Source: an uncultured Ignavibacteriales bacterium
GTDB taxonomy: Bacteria > Zixibacteria > MSB-5A5 > GN15 > FEB-12
DNA: 64,000 bases
NCBI GenBank assembly: GCA_964464605.1
Contig: CAYXJN010000002.1
Span: 124,001 to 188,000 of the forward strand
Direction: 5' to 3'
This document shows positions 8,237 through 17,764 of this stretch, in pieces. Numbering within the stretch: the first letter of the stretch is position 1; the number at the start of each line of letters is the position of its first letter. The notes under the pieces are model-generated. The model saw only the letters and a program-made list of their open reading frames with translations. It made no database searches and was not told where the DNA came from. Made by a program: the position numbers and the translations under genes.

Positions 8237-9583
8237 TTAGTCACGTTCGAGCTTGTATTCAGATATCTTCAGGCGGAGAGTGTTGCGATGGATGCCAAGG
8301 GAGTCGGCGGCTTTCCCCATATTCCAGTCGAGCTTATCAAGAGTCGCTTTAATATGCCGGCTTTCGAGCTCTGAAAGTGTAAGATCAGACGGCGCTGATA
8401 AAGGGGCTGACACTGCTTTGGGGAGCAAATCGGTCAGTTCTTGCGGCGTTATTCTATCGTGGTCACTTAGAATCACGGCGCGTTCAATCGTATGCTGCAA
8501 CTCGCGCACGTTGCCGGGCCAGTCATAACGGAGTAAGATATCAGCCGCTTTTTGGTCGATTTTCGTCACCTGTTTTCGGAATCGTATCGAAGCCCGTTTC
8601 AAAAATTCCTGCGCTAACAACAGTATATCCCCTTCCCGCTCACGAAGCGGCGGGAGATCGATTAAAACAGTATTTAGGCGATACAATAAATCCTGCCGGA
8701 ACAAACCCGAGGCAACTTGCGATTCCAAATTGCGATTCGTCGCCGACACCAAGCGGAAATCGACAAAGATCGGTTTCGTACCGCCAACACGGGTAACTTC
8801 TTTATGCTCCAGTACCCGCAGCAGTTTCGCTTGCAGTGTTAACGGCAATTCACCGATTTCATCCAAGAACAATGTGCCGCCATCGGCCAGTTCGATATGC
8901 CCGACTTTCTGTTTATCCGCGCCGGTAAACGCACCTTTTTCATGCCCAAACAATTCCGATTCTAACAATCCTTCCGGAAACGCAGAGCAATTGATAGCAA
9001 CGAGCCGTTTGTCAGCACGATCCGAAACAGCATGCAACGCACGGGCGACTAACTCTTTCCCTGTTCCCGTCGGCCCGGTGATTAACACGGTCGCATCCGT
9101 TTTGCCGAACCGGGCGATATTCTCTTTCGCTTTTCGTATCGATTCCGAGTTGCCGATTATTTCTGAATCAGGAAAGAGTTCATCGAGTTTCCGGCTCATG
9201 ATCTGATGTTCAACAAGAATGCGATTCTGCTGCGATGCTTTGGTAATCTTCGCAAGCAGTTCATCCAAATCCTGTACGGGCTTGGTGAGAAAATCATACG
9301 CGCCGGAACGCATCGCCGTTACTGCCGTATCGATTGTCCCGTACGCGGTCAGAATAATGACCTGCACGAACGGATTGATTTCTCGCAAATGCACGAGCAG
9401 ATCGAGTCCTGACATTCCCCCCATTTTCATATCACTGATTACCACCGGAGAAAAATGCTCACGATACGAAGCTAATGCCTGTTCTCCGCTTTCGGCCTGA
9501 TGCACAGTAAACCCCTGCTTGGCCAGAAAACCGGCAAGCAGCGACCGCTGGGATGATTCATCATCGGCTAAGAGTATTCGCAT
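8237..9583 (-). CDS. NtrC-family sigma54-dependent response regulator
   Basis: REC domain, Walker A GPTGTGKE, GAFTGA, WPGNVREL, Fis-type HTH. Confidence 0.96.
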   Translation of the reverse strand: MRILLADDESSQRSLLAGFLAKQGFTVHQAESGEQALASYREHFSPVVISDMKMGGMSGLDLLVHLREINPFVQVIILTAYGTIDTAVTAMRSGAYDFLTKPVQDLDELLAKITKASQQNRILVEHQIMSRKLDELFPDSEIIGNSESIRKAKENIARFGKTDATVLITGPTGTGKELVARALHAVSDRADKRLVAINCSAFPEGLLESELFGHEKGAFTGADKQKVGHIELADGGTLFLDEIGELPLTLQAKLLRVLEHKEVTRVGGTKPIFVDFRLVSATNRNLESQVASGLFRQDLLYRLNTVLIDLPPLREREGDILLLAQEFLKRASIRFRKQVTKIDQKAADILLRYDWPGNVRELQHTIERAVILSDHDRITPQELTDLLPKAVSAPLSAPSDLTLSELESRHIKATLDKLDWNMGKAADSLGIHRNTLRLKISEYKLERD

Positions 9584-9595
9584 AACAGGTATACA

Positions 9596-9627
9596 ATAAA
9601 AATGCGGCTACGAATCCGCAGCCGCAT
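9596..9627 (-). terminator. Intrinsic terminator-like hairpin
   Basis: ATGCGGCT/AGCCGCAT stem with a U-tract on the minus strand. Confidence 0.55.
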
Positions 9628-9653
9628 CTAAAATTTTCATGCAGTAAACTAAA

Positions 9654-10316
9654 TCAGTCGCCGGAACCGAAGAGCACCCGCAGACCGAAACGAATATCCA
9701 GCACACCGATTGTACCGTCGACCTTGTATGTTTCGCCGGTATAATTCTTTTCAGAATTCTTGGTCATTGCGGTGTGGTACCCGACTTCTACAAACGGGCC
9801 GCTGTAATCGGCCGTGTAGTAGGTCAAACCGGCTGAAATACCGAGTGAAAGCGCCGGGTCATAGCTGATTTCACGGAAACGGTCACCGCCCGGATTGTCG
9901 ACCGGCGTAACCAAACGGGGATTTTCAATACCGATATGCGCTTTGATAAACGGCTCCAAGTTGCTGTTCATGGAAATGGTACGGCGGACATAAAGCCGCG
10001 GTGAAAACAGGCGATGTTTCAGATCACCGAAATCTCCCGCCCGGTGAACACCAAATTGATAATAGGAAAAGCCGAGACCGACTACCCAGTTTGGAGTCAG
10101 AAAATAGCCACCCTCAATACCGACGGAATAGCCGATTCGGGCGCCGATTGTATCTGCAAAGGTTGCAAAATCAGCAGCCGGGACCGATGCTCCACCTATC
10201 AGATGAATTTCTAAGGCATCCTTTTCTTCGTCGGCTTCTTCCTGAGCATCCTGTCCGAAAACGGGCACAGCCGTCACAAACGCTGTCAACACACTGAGTA
10301 GTAACCACTTCTTCAT
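9654..10316 (-). CDS. Outer-membrane beta-barrel protein
   Basis: Signal peptide, alternating amphipathic strands, terminal IRFGLRVLF strand. Confidence 0.75.
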   Translation of the reverse strand: MKKWLLLSVLTAFVTAVPVFGQDAQEEADEEKDALEIHLIGGASVPAADFATFADTIGARIGYSVGIEGGYFLTPNWVVGLGFSYYQFGVHRAGDFGDLKHRLFSPRLYVRRTISMNSNLEPFIKAHIGIENPRLVTPVDNPGGDRFREISYDPALSLGISAGLTYYTADYSGPFVEVGYHTAMTKNSEKNYTGETYKVDGTIGVLDIRFGLRVLFGSGD

Positions 10317-10421
10317 GTACCGTATCCTCTTCCTCGTTCATGTCGTACCTCATCCCGCAATTCGCCCCATTATGCCCAATTCCGGTGCGGCGGTAAAGCG
10401 GTCAAGTAATTCGGTAAGACC

Positions 10422-11069
10422 CTACTTGTCAATAGTTTCGTTGACGGCTATCCCCCCGGATTTGTTGAACGCCGCATAGCGAATTTCACGCCCCAAAGAG
10501 CGCCATTTCTGCTCGAAATAGGTCGGCTGATACATAGCAATAGGACAAACATTGGGAGAATCAGGGTTCAAGTGAGTAAGCCCTGTTATCCCCTTTGCAT
10601 TGTTCACGACCCAGTCGACATAGCCGCCGACATCCGATGCGACAAACAATGTCCCGTTTACTTTGAGCTTGTCGACGAGAAATTGCAGCACTTCCTGCTT
10701 TAACAACCGATTGTGCACATGCCGGTTTTTCGGCCAGGGATCGGGAAAGAGCACATACACCTGCTGCAGCGAAGTAGGTTCGATGTATTTCGGAACGATA
10801 ACGCGGGCATCACCGTGAACGACCAGGACATTTTTAAGTCCCCGTTTTTCGATTCGCGTGGAAAGTTTGGTGAACCGTGTCCGGCCGATTTCGACGCCGA
10901 CAAAACGGACATCCGGATTTGCCTCCGCCGATTGAAACAGAAAATCACCGCGCCCGGGGCCGATTTCGAGCACATCGGCGTGAATAACCTCAACGTGCTC
11001 CGGATAAAACTGGAGCGGTTGTGTTTTGCGGTATTCAAGCGGGAACTGGCGGTATATCAGCTTCGGCAT
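10422..11069 (-). CDS. trmB: tRNA (guanine-N7)-methyltransferase
   Basis: LEIGPGRG, FPDPWPKNRH, TYFEQKW. Confidence 0.92.
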   Translation of the reverse strand: MPKLIYRQFPLEYRKTQPLQFYPEHVEVIHADVLEIGPGRGDFLFQSAEANPDVRFVGVEIGRTRFTKLSTRIEKRGLKNVLVVHGDARVIVPKYIEPTSLQQVYVLFPDPWPKNRHVHNRLLKQEVLQFLVDKLKVNGTLFVASDVGGYVDWVVNNAKGITGLTHLNPDSPNVCPIAMYQPTYFEQKWRSLGREIRYAAFNKSGGIAVNETIDK

Positions 11070-11127
11070 CTTCGAATCAAGATATGAAAAATTCCCATCA
11101 ATCTCAACCCGCCGTGACAGACAAAAG

Positions 11128-11155
11128 AAAAAGGACGTGCCAACAGGCACATCCT
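11128..11155 (-). terminator. Intrinsic terminator
   Basis: AGGACGTGCC/GGCACATCCT stem with a U-tract on the minus strand. Confidence 0.55.
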
Positions 11156-11181
11156 CTCTCTGAATTTATTATATAAACAGG

Positions 11182-11925
11182 TTAGAACTGACGACGGTCT
11201 TCCCGGGTTTCGCGGCGATCTTCGCGTAACTCACGATGATCTTCGCGCAGTTCACGGTGCCCCAAGGTAATTTCACGGCGAGAAAGCACTAAGTAGCTGT
11301 TATAAAGCTCTTCCTGTCTGCGATACCCTTCATCTTCATTGATGACACCCCTGTCAATCTTCGATTGGACATTCCGCAATTCGAGCGCCACTTCCCGTTT
11401 TGCAGCAAGAATTTCTTCGGCCTTGACCATGTCACGAACATCGTCGCGGCGATCACGACGGTCATCTCGCAAATCATGACGTTCATTTTGAACCTGAGCA
11501 TTGGCACGCGCGGCATTTTCCTTTTCTTGATTAGCCAGCGCATTAGCTTCTACCCGTTGGCGTTCTGCCAAGTCATCACGCTCGCTATATATTTCACGGG
11601 TACTCTGGCGCACTTCACGTTTAGCCAGAGCTGCCTGATTCGCGGCTTCAGCAAGATCACGACGAAGCTCTTTCGCAATTTGCCGTTGAACGTCTCGCAT
11701 TTTTTTTGTGTTCCCTTGTGAGCGGTAATCATCCCACTTCTCGATCAAACTTGATAGACGGTCAAGGTCGGCACGGTCGTCCGCAATTGCCACTCTATCC
11801 TGACGGATCTGCTGACGGTCCTCCGCTTTTTCCCATGCGTTTTTCGCCTGCTGGGCTGAGGTGGTACCTGCTGCCAAGATGAGACAGGAGATAATCGCTG
11901 CGAGTGACTTGCTGCTTCTTTTCAT
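11182..11925 (-). CDS. Secreted charged coiled-coil protein with D/E-R-R-D/E repeats
   Basis: Signal peptide; DLRDDRRDRRDD and ELREDHRELREDRRETREDRR repeats. Confidence 0.75.
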   Translation of the reverse strand: MKRSSKSLAAIISCLILAAGTTSAQQAKNAWEKAEDRQQIRQDRVAIADDRADLDRLSSLIEKWDDYRSQGNTKKMRDVQRQIAKELRRDLAEAANQAALAKREVRQSTREIYSERDDLAERQRVEANALANQEKENAARANAQVQNERHDLRDDRRDRRDDVRDMVKAEEILAAKREVALELRNVQSKIDRGVINEDEGYRRQEELYNSYLVLSRREITLGHRELREDHRELREDRRETREDRRQF

Positions 11926-11977
11926 ACTTTCTCCTCTAACTACGTCTGTTAACGAGGCACGTTAATACGCAGATAAA

Positions 11978-12036
11978 AGCGAAGCAGATGCCAAGCCCCG
12001 CGACTAACGGATAACGCACTGATTTTCAATGAATTA
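11978..12036 (-). promoter_or_regulatory. Candidate sigma54 promoter plus IHF-like site
   Basis: Minus strand TTGGCATCTGCTTCGCT (GG-N10-GC); TTTCAATGAATTA at 12024-12036. Confidence 0.55.
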
Positions 12037-12161
12037 CGGACAACGACTAAAGCGACAACACCGTCCGGTTTTGGCCCGTTCGGTACAGAGTACTGTACCT
12101 ATGTCCATTTTTTGTGGCAATGTTAGGTCGGGAACTGAGCGGTGGGGATTTGGAAATTGTA

Positions 12162-12248
12162 TGCCGGAGACCGGACTCGAACCGGTACGCCCCTTTCGGA
12201 AGCAAGGGATTTTAAGTCCCTGGTGTCTACCAATTCCACCACTCCGGC
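12162..12248 (-). tRNA. tRNA-Leu (anticodon TAA)
   Basis: GCCGGAG acceptor stem, CT-TAA-AA loop, long variable arm, GGTTCGAGTCC. Confidence 0.97.
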
Positions 12249-12382
12249 AAGGACTGCTAGGATAATGGCTTTCTGGTCTGTGCGCAACTCTGCGAATTTG
12301 ATTTCAAAAAAGTCAGTCCGCAGAACACAAAACAAGGAAATCAGAACATTGGTTACCGCGCTTTCTTCCTGAGAAATGTCTC

Positions 12383-13033
12383 TCAGTATAAATGCTTAAG
12401 TTCTGAATACGCCCCTTTCACGTGAAGCGTCACGTTAACGGTATTCGCATTTCTGTTGCGCCAGAACCAACCGTGACTCCCGTCGAAGGCCGCCTCCAGT
12501 ATCCCACCGCCGCTCTGTTCAGACCCTTTTTCATAGCTGTGATACTCTATGTTCAGCGGTTTTGAATCGGCGTGTGTGTCAAAAATCACTTTTCCGCCAT
12601 CCGACCACCAGACGTATTCGACCTTATGCCCCTTATTCATGATCAATTTGATTTCTTTCCCTTCATCCGGCTGCAAACTGATCGTGACACTGTCACTCCG
12701 TATATTGACATTCACTGAAGCAGTGACCTGCGTATCAGGCGCAGATACGGCTGGGTGCTCCACTTTCTGCGATAGTGTGTTTTCTTTGCTTTCTGCCGAT
12801 TCGTGTTGCATTTGATGATCCCATTTCGCTTCGGCTGCCAATGATGCCTTTATCTCCCCCATACGCGTCAAACCGAGAATGTTTCCAACACCGGTATAGT
12901 CGATTCCGTATTCGGCGGGTAGAATGACAGTAAAAAAGAGGGTAATAGCAGCGCCGATAGCCAGAATAGTTGACTGCATGAGCGTACGTTTCGAGGGAAG
13001 CGTCACATTCGGTGGTATATTTGTATTTTCCAT
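12383..13033 (-). CDS. Transmembrane anchor protein associated with HupE/UreJ
   Basis: VILPAEYGIDYTG.G, FDGSHGWFWRNR motifs; one TM helix. Confidence 0.8.
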   Translation of the reverse strand: MENTNIPPNVTLPSKRTLMQSTILAIGAAITLFFTVILPAEYGIDYTGVGNILGLTRMGEIKASLAAEAKWDHQMQHESAESKENTLSQKVEHPAVSAPDTQVTASVNVNIRSDSVTISLQPDEGKEIKLIMNKGHKVEYVWWSDGGKVIFDTHADSKPLNIEYHSYEKGSEQSGGGILEAAFDGSHGWFWRNRNANTVNVTLHVKGAYSELKHLY

Positions 13034-13048
13034 TTTTAATCCTTTTTG

Positions 13049-13774
13049 TTACGACCGGAAGAAACCCGCCATCTGATACCCAGCCAGGAAGAATCCACAG
13101 AGCATCAATACGACATTCGCCGAATAGGCGTGCTTATTAAATTGCTGTGAGCGGCGCCAGTACCCCATCGCGATGAGAATCATGGCCAATCCCATCAACT
13201 GTCCTAACTCGACACCGACATTGAAAGCAACCAGATTAGGGATTAAGCCATCCGGTGACATTTGATAATCGAGTATCTTCGTCGCTAATCCAAAGCCGTG
13301 AAACAGTCCAAAAATAAGCGTAGCGATTTTGGTGTTCGGTTGAAATCCAAACCATTTCTGATAGACACCCATATTATCAAGCGCCTTGTAGACAACCGAT
13401 AAACCGATGATTGCATCGATGATGTACGCATTAACACCGGTATTCATCAACACACCAAGCAGCAGAGTGATTGAATGTCCAAGGGCAAAGAGTGTAACGT
13501 AAAGACCGACATCTCTCAACCGGTATAAAAAGAAGATAACGCCAAACAGAAACAGAAGGTGATCGTAGCCGGTCACCATATGCTTAGCGCCGAGATAAAT
13601 GAACGGGATGAGCATTATACCGGAGCTTTCCTGAATGAAGCCTTTATCTCCGTCCGTGACACCATGCGCGAACACATCTGCGCTCAGACCGCAAAGCAAT
13701 ACAAAGGCTATCCCCACGACCATATACAAAAATAGGTGCCTATGACTCAATAATTGTTTCATCATTTCAGACAT
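13049..13774 (-). CDS. HupE/UreJ-family metal transporter
   Basis: GAKHMVTGYDHLLF, GHSITL, FGLFHGFG, FNVGVELGQ. Confidence 0.92.
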   Translation of the reverse strand: MSEMMKQLLSHRHLFLYMVVGIAFVLLCGLSADVFAHGVTDGDKGFIQESSGIMLIPFIYLGAKHMVTGYDHLLFLFGVIFFLYRLRDVGLYVTLFALGHSITLLLGVLMNTGVNAYIIDAIIGLSVVYKALDNMGVYQKWFGFQPNTKIATLIFGLFHGFGLATKILDYQMSPDGLIPNLVAFNVGVELGQLMGLAMILIAMGYWRRSQQFNKHAYSANVVLMLCGFFLAGYQMAGFFRS

Positions 13775-13872
13775 ATAATAATTTTCCTCTCACAATCGTA
13801 GCGAACAAAGCACAGGCATATATCTATGCCTATTCTTTGCGCAATCTATATGGTAAAAAGAAACACGAGGTA

Positions 13873-14280
13873 TTAGGCAAAAAATGGTGGACTGCGAAGA
13901 GAAGCGGACGAGGGTAAATCAGGCAATCGCCATTGCCGCTCATAGTCATATAGGTAAATCGCTGAAACCTGATTCGATGTTTCATTCAGTGACCAGATAA
14001 CAGCCGCTACCAATTGGGGTGAAAATTGAATGGTGATGACTTGCTGGCGGTGCGGCAGACCGCGTTCGGTATACTGTTGATACGTATGGTGGTGGTCGTC
14101 ATGATGGTGAACAGGGATATGCTCCGGCTCCACATCCATTGGGTGCAAACTCAGCTCGAACGGCCATGAAGTAATTTCGTGAGAATGATGAAAATGGATA
14201 TAAGGTTGCACCTGCCCGAAGTAGGTTAATAGCACTACCACAAACATACCGAACAGCGGGGGTTGGGTTCTTCTAATCAT
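13873..14280 (-). CDS. His-rich small protein
   Basis: HFHHSH and HHHDDHHH runs; C-terminal RSPP as in DUF2946-like proteins upstream of metal-uptake genes. Confidence 0.6.
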   Translation of the reverse strand: MIRRTQPPLFGMFVVVLLTYFGQVQPYIHFHHSHEITSWPFELSLHPMDVEPEHIPVHHHDDHHHTYQQYTERGLPHRQQVITIQFSPQLVAAVIWSLNETSNQVSAIYLYDYERQWRLPDLPSSASLRSPPFFA

Positions 14281-14655
14281 GGTTACGGCTTATACATTCC
14301 ATGAGCTGGTTTATATATGCCCGCTCGAATTGTAAGTCAACTTTTTATCTATATAGGGAAACGGTACAAAAAAGGATACGAAGTACGCGATGGCAAGCGG
14401 CGTACTGTTTTTTGTGCCATACACTTATACCATATCTGTTACGGACATATGTCAGCATCTAAAACTTATTCTGTATATCAGCAGTCTGTTTCCACATGAA
14501 ACAGCTTAAAATCGACCGATTCACAACACTGACCATTTCGTAACACAAAAAAATCAGAACCGGTTATCGAACATGGGCTTTCCCTTCAGTTTTTAGTGCT
14601 TTCGCCGAATAATTATCTAAGAGGACGGAAACGTATTTGAGGGATACAAGACAAC

Positions 14656-15300
14656 ATGCGGACACACAGCATATTTACAGGCAGTAACAATTCAATCAAT
14701 AAAAACGAAGCGCATTTTCCTGCTGTCGCTACTGCCGTGCTTTTTATCTTCTTTGCCTCATCCGGTTCTACCGACGCCTACGAAACACTCCCTTCACCGA
14801 GTGAACTTAAGAAACTGAGCGTTGAGGAACTGATGAACCTTGAGGTCACTTCAGTTACTAAAACTCCTAAGAAACTCTCTGCGGCTCCTTCTGCCATTCA
14901 GGTAATCACCGCACAGGAGATACGCCGCTCCGGAGCCACTACTATTCCGGAAGCATTACGACTCGCCACCAACCTGCATGTTGCGCAAAAAGGAACGCAT
15001 GAGTGGGGCATCGCTGCTCGAGGATTCAATACCAGCCTGGCAAACAAACTGCTCGTATTGATTGATGGCCGCACGGTCTACACGCCGCTGTATTCCGGTG
15101 TTTTCTGGGAACGGCAGGATTATCTGCTTGAAGATATCGACCGGATAGAAGTTATCAGCCGTCACGGCGGCAAAATTTGGGCGGAGGGCAAAGTCAACGA
15201 AGGAGCCAGTTTCTATTTCACCCTCGAATTATCGAATGGATCATATTCATCACAAGGAGTCGCTCATGACCAGCAAGAGTATACTGCTAGTCGAGGATAA
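14656..15300 (+). pseudogene. Chimeric ORF: TonB-dependent receptor plug fused to a histidine-kinase C-terminal tail
   Basis: Plug: LSVEELMNLEVTSV..LIDGRTVY..DIDRIEVIS; then HATPase end RHGGKIWAEGKVNEGASFYFTL. Confidence 0.85.
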
Positions 15301-15721
15301 CGAAAACGATATCCAGCTAACGCTGCGTGCACTTAAGAAAAATGGGATATTCAACGAAATCGTTATCGCCCGTAACGGCGAGGAAGCGCTTGAGTATTTA
15401 CACGGTACCGGACAGTATGCGGGCCGCAATTCCGACCAACTTCCGCAGGTTGTTCTGCTTGATTTGAAACTGCCGAAAGTTGACGGACATGAAGTGCTTC
15501 AGCATATCCGCTCCACCGAACGGACCCGTTATTTGCCGGTTGTTATCATGACATCATCGAAAGAGGAACAAGATATTCTCTCAAGCTATCACTTGGGAGC
15601 TAACAGCTATATCCGCAAGCCGGTTGATTTCGAACAATTTTCCGAAGCAGTCAGAAGTTTAGGGTTGTATTGGTTGTTGCTGAATGAGGTAGCATCCAAA
15701 AGCGAAACAGTAGCCAAATAG
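15266..15721 (+). CDS. Single-domain response regulator (Rcp1-like)
   Basis: ILLVEDN, LLDLKLPKVDG, GANSYIRKPVDF; SD AAGGAG. Confidence 0.93.
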   Translation: MTSKSILLVEDNENDIQLTLRALKKNGIFNEIVIARNGEEALEYLHGTGQYAGRNSDQLPQVVLLDLKLPKVDGHEVLQHIRSTERTRYLPVVIMTSSKEEQDILSSYHLGANSYIRKPVDFEQFSEAVRSLGLYWLLLNEVASKSETVAK

Positions 15722-15740
15722 CGGTGACATGCGATCCAAC

Positions 15741-15772
15741 AAAAAAAGCCCGATACTCTGTATCGGGCTTTT
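15741..15772. terminator. Bidirectional intrinsic terminator
   Basis: AAAAGCCCGATAC/GTATCGGGCTTTT between convergent genes. Confidence 0.8.
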
Positions 15773-15790
15773 GATTTTATGAACAGTATA

Positions 15791-17587
15791 TCACGGACAA
15801 TTGAGCGGCGGACCATCGTTAAACAGATACGCCACTAAATAGGTCAAATCGGCGACCGTAATTCCACCCAACCCGTTGACGTTTGCCAAATCTAAGTTAC
15901 CGGGTGTCGGACCGTTATTAAACAAATACGCGACTAAGAACACGAGATCCTGAATAGTCGGGCCAATCCCGTTTCCGTTCACGTCGCCGCAAATTCCCAT
16001 ATCAAGTTCGACATTACCCGAAAGTCCGGTTGGTTCGTAGCTGCCCACTTCACTATGAAACTGCAGATCCTGACCGGGATACGATTGAACAACAACCGGA
16101 TTCGGACCACCAGTTGCACCGCCCGGGACGATAAAGACAAGGGTTAAAATCGGACCTGAACCGGGTAACAAAGCCGTTCCGGCCCCTTTCGCCAAACGAT
16201 AGGCGGCCTGTTCATTACCGGGAATATATGAAGTTATTGATTTAGAGCCCATAGTATTAGAACGAAGACCGGTCGTTCTGAAATCCACCAAGGTCATTCC
16301 AAACGGGCCTGCCCAAGTGAACGGAATCTTCAAATCTTCAATCGGAACATAGTTACGGCAGTAGATGTTTACAAACGCCGTGTCACCGGGAGCAGCTTCC
16401 ACGTCGACTGGGATAACCGAGTCAGCATGAGCGGCAATAAACGGAGCCCGTTTGGTGGTGAATGGGCCATCATTGGTCTGAATCGTCACTTCAACGTCAT
16501 ACAAACCGGGGGTGGTGTACTGATGCACCGGGGCCTGGGAAGCGCCGTTGCCACCATCGCCGAAGTCCCAGTCCCACGAGTTTACCGACTTTGCGGTAAG
16601 TCCGGTAAATGTTACGTCAAACGGAACGCGACCGACTTGTACATCAGCCTCGATTCGTACATTTGCAACCCATGAAGACAATTCATCATTCGTCCAGCAG
16701 TGCATTCTCCCCATCTGCTGGGGGGTGAAAAACTCTGTGCAGCTGGAATATGCCATGTAGCTATGCAGGTTGTTAAAGGCTGCTCCCCATGATAAACCGC
16801 TGCAGGGATCATTGCCGCTGGTTGAACAGCCGCTGATTGTCGGTGCCGGTTCAGTATCAGAGCAGCGATCACCGCGAACATCCCGATCCGGTGAATTCAC
16901 TGCTTCGTAGCAGGCGCCGCAGGAACTGACTTCATCCACGCCGTTGAAGGTATGATATAGACCAAGACAGTGCCCCATCTCGTGGGCGAATACATCGCTG
17001 TTGACGTTCCAATGGAAATGTCCCATAACGATACCGCTCTGCGGCGTTAATGCATCCGGATCCCACGGGAATGTCCCGTACGAGTAACCGAAATCAACCT
17101 GTGTAGCCCAGACGTTGATAAAGGAATCCGGTTTAATCGCCGTGGCTGCTTTCATTGCGGAAATTTCACCTTCGGAAAGCAGGCGCCATGCGGTTGAGTT
17201 CACGTAGTTGACAGTCGCTTCGAATTGGATTCGACTCGGCAGAAAATCTCCGTTGAGATTATCAATAATGATTTGCGTGGCGGCGTCATTGCTGATCGGG
17301 TTGCTGCCGTCATCGTTGCGGAGAATGTGCACCATCAAACGGATATACGTTATCGGCGTGGTTGAATCCGGAATCATTGCATCGCGTTCTCCCGGCAAGT
17401 CGCATGGACCGCTGGGTGTACATGCCTGCGCATCACTGAGCGGCATCCCCAGTTTTTGTGTCCAGATTTCCTGGGTTGCGCATCCGGCTCCGTTCGGAAA
17501 ACGAAGACTGCCTTCCGCAGAACTTGCCTGACTCAGAATCGGGAGCGCCAAAAGCGCCAGTGCAAATCGTAGTGTCCTCAGTCCCAT
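15791..17587 (-). CDS. Secreted M43 (pappalysin-like) metalloprotease with PKD, cohesin-like and dockerin domains
   Basis: HEMGHCLGLYHTF; WDWDFGDG..P.HQY..PG.Y.V (PKD); duplicated GDVNG..DL..LVAYLF repeat. Confidence 0.88.
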   Translation of the reverse strand: MGLRTLRFALALLALPILSQASSAEGSLRFPNGAGCATQEIWTQKLGMPLSDAQACTPSGPCDLPGERDAMIPDSTTPITYIRLMVHILRNDDGSNPISNDAATQIIIDNLNGDFLPSRIQFEATVNYVNSTAWRLLSEGEISAMKAATAIKPDSFINVWATQVDFGYSYGTFPWDPDALTPQSGIVMGHFHWNVNSDVFAHEMGHCLGLYHTFNGVDEVSSCGACYEAVNSPDRDVRGDRCSDTEPAPTISGCSTSGNDPCSGLSWGAAFNNLHSYMAYSSCTEFFTPQQMGRMHCWTNDELSSWVANVRIEADVQVGRVPFDVTFTGLTAKSVNSWDWDFGDGGNGASQAPVHQYTTPGLYDVEVTIQTNDGPFTTKRAPFIAAHADSVIPVDVEAAPGDTAFVNIYCRNYVPIEDLKIPFTWAGPFGMTLVDFRTTGLRSNTMGSKSITSYIPGNEQAAYRLAKGAGTALLPGSGPILTLVFIVPGGATGGPNPVVVQSYPGQDLQFHSEVGSYEPTGLSGNVELDMGICGDVNGNGIGPTIQDLVFLVAYLFNNGPTPGNLDLANVNGLGGITVADLTYLVAYLFNDGPPLNCP

Positions 17588-17764
17588 AGAGTTCTTTTGT
17601 CCTTTGTGTATGGTGGTACTCAATTGTTCTTTCTCATGTTTAAAAAATAATAGAATCCCCCCGAGCTGGATGGAGGTACTCATTGGACAGGGCGGACTGT
17701 CTGCGGGACTTAATATACGAACTTTTTGGTATATGCAAAGATTTTTTGACCGGTGGTCAACGGC

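Noticed and set aside
12162..12248. tRNA-anchored genomic island
   Set aside because: No integrase and no duplicated tRNA 3' end seen for any of the three tRNAs.
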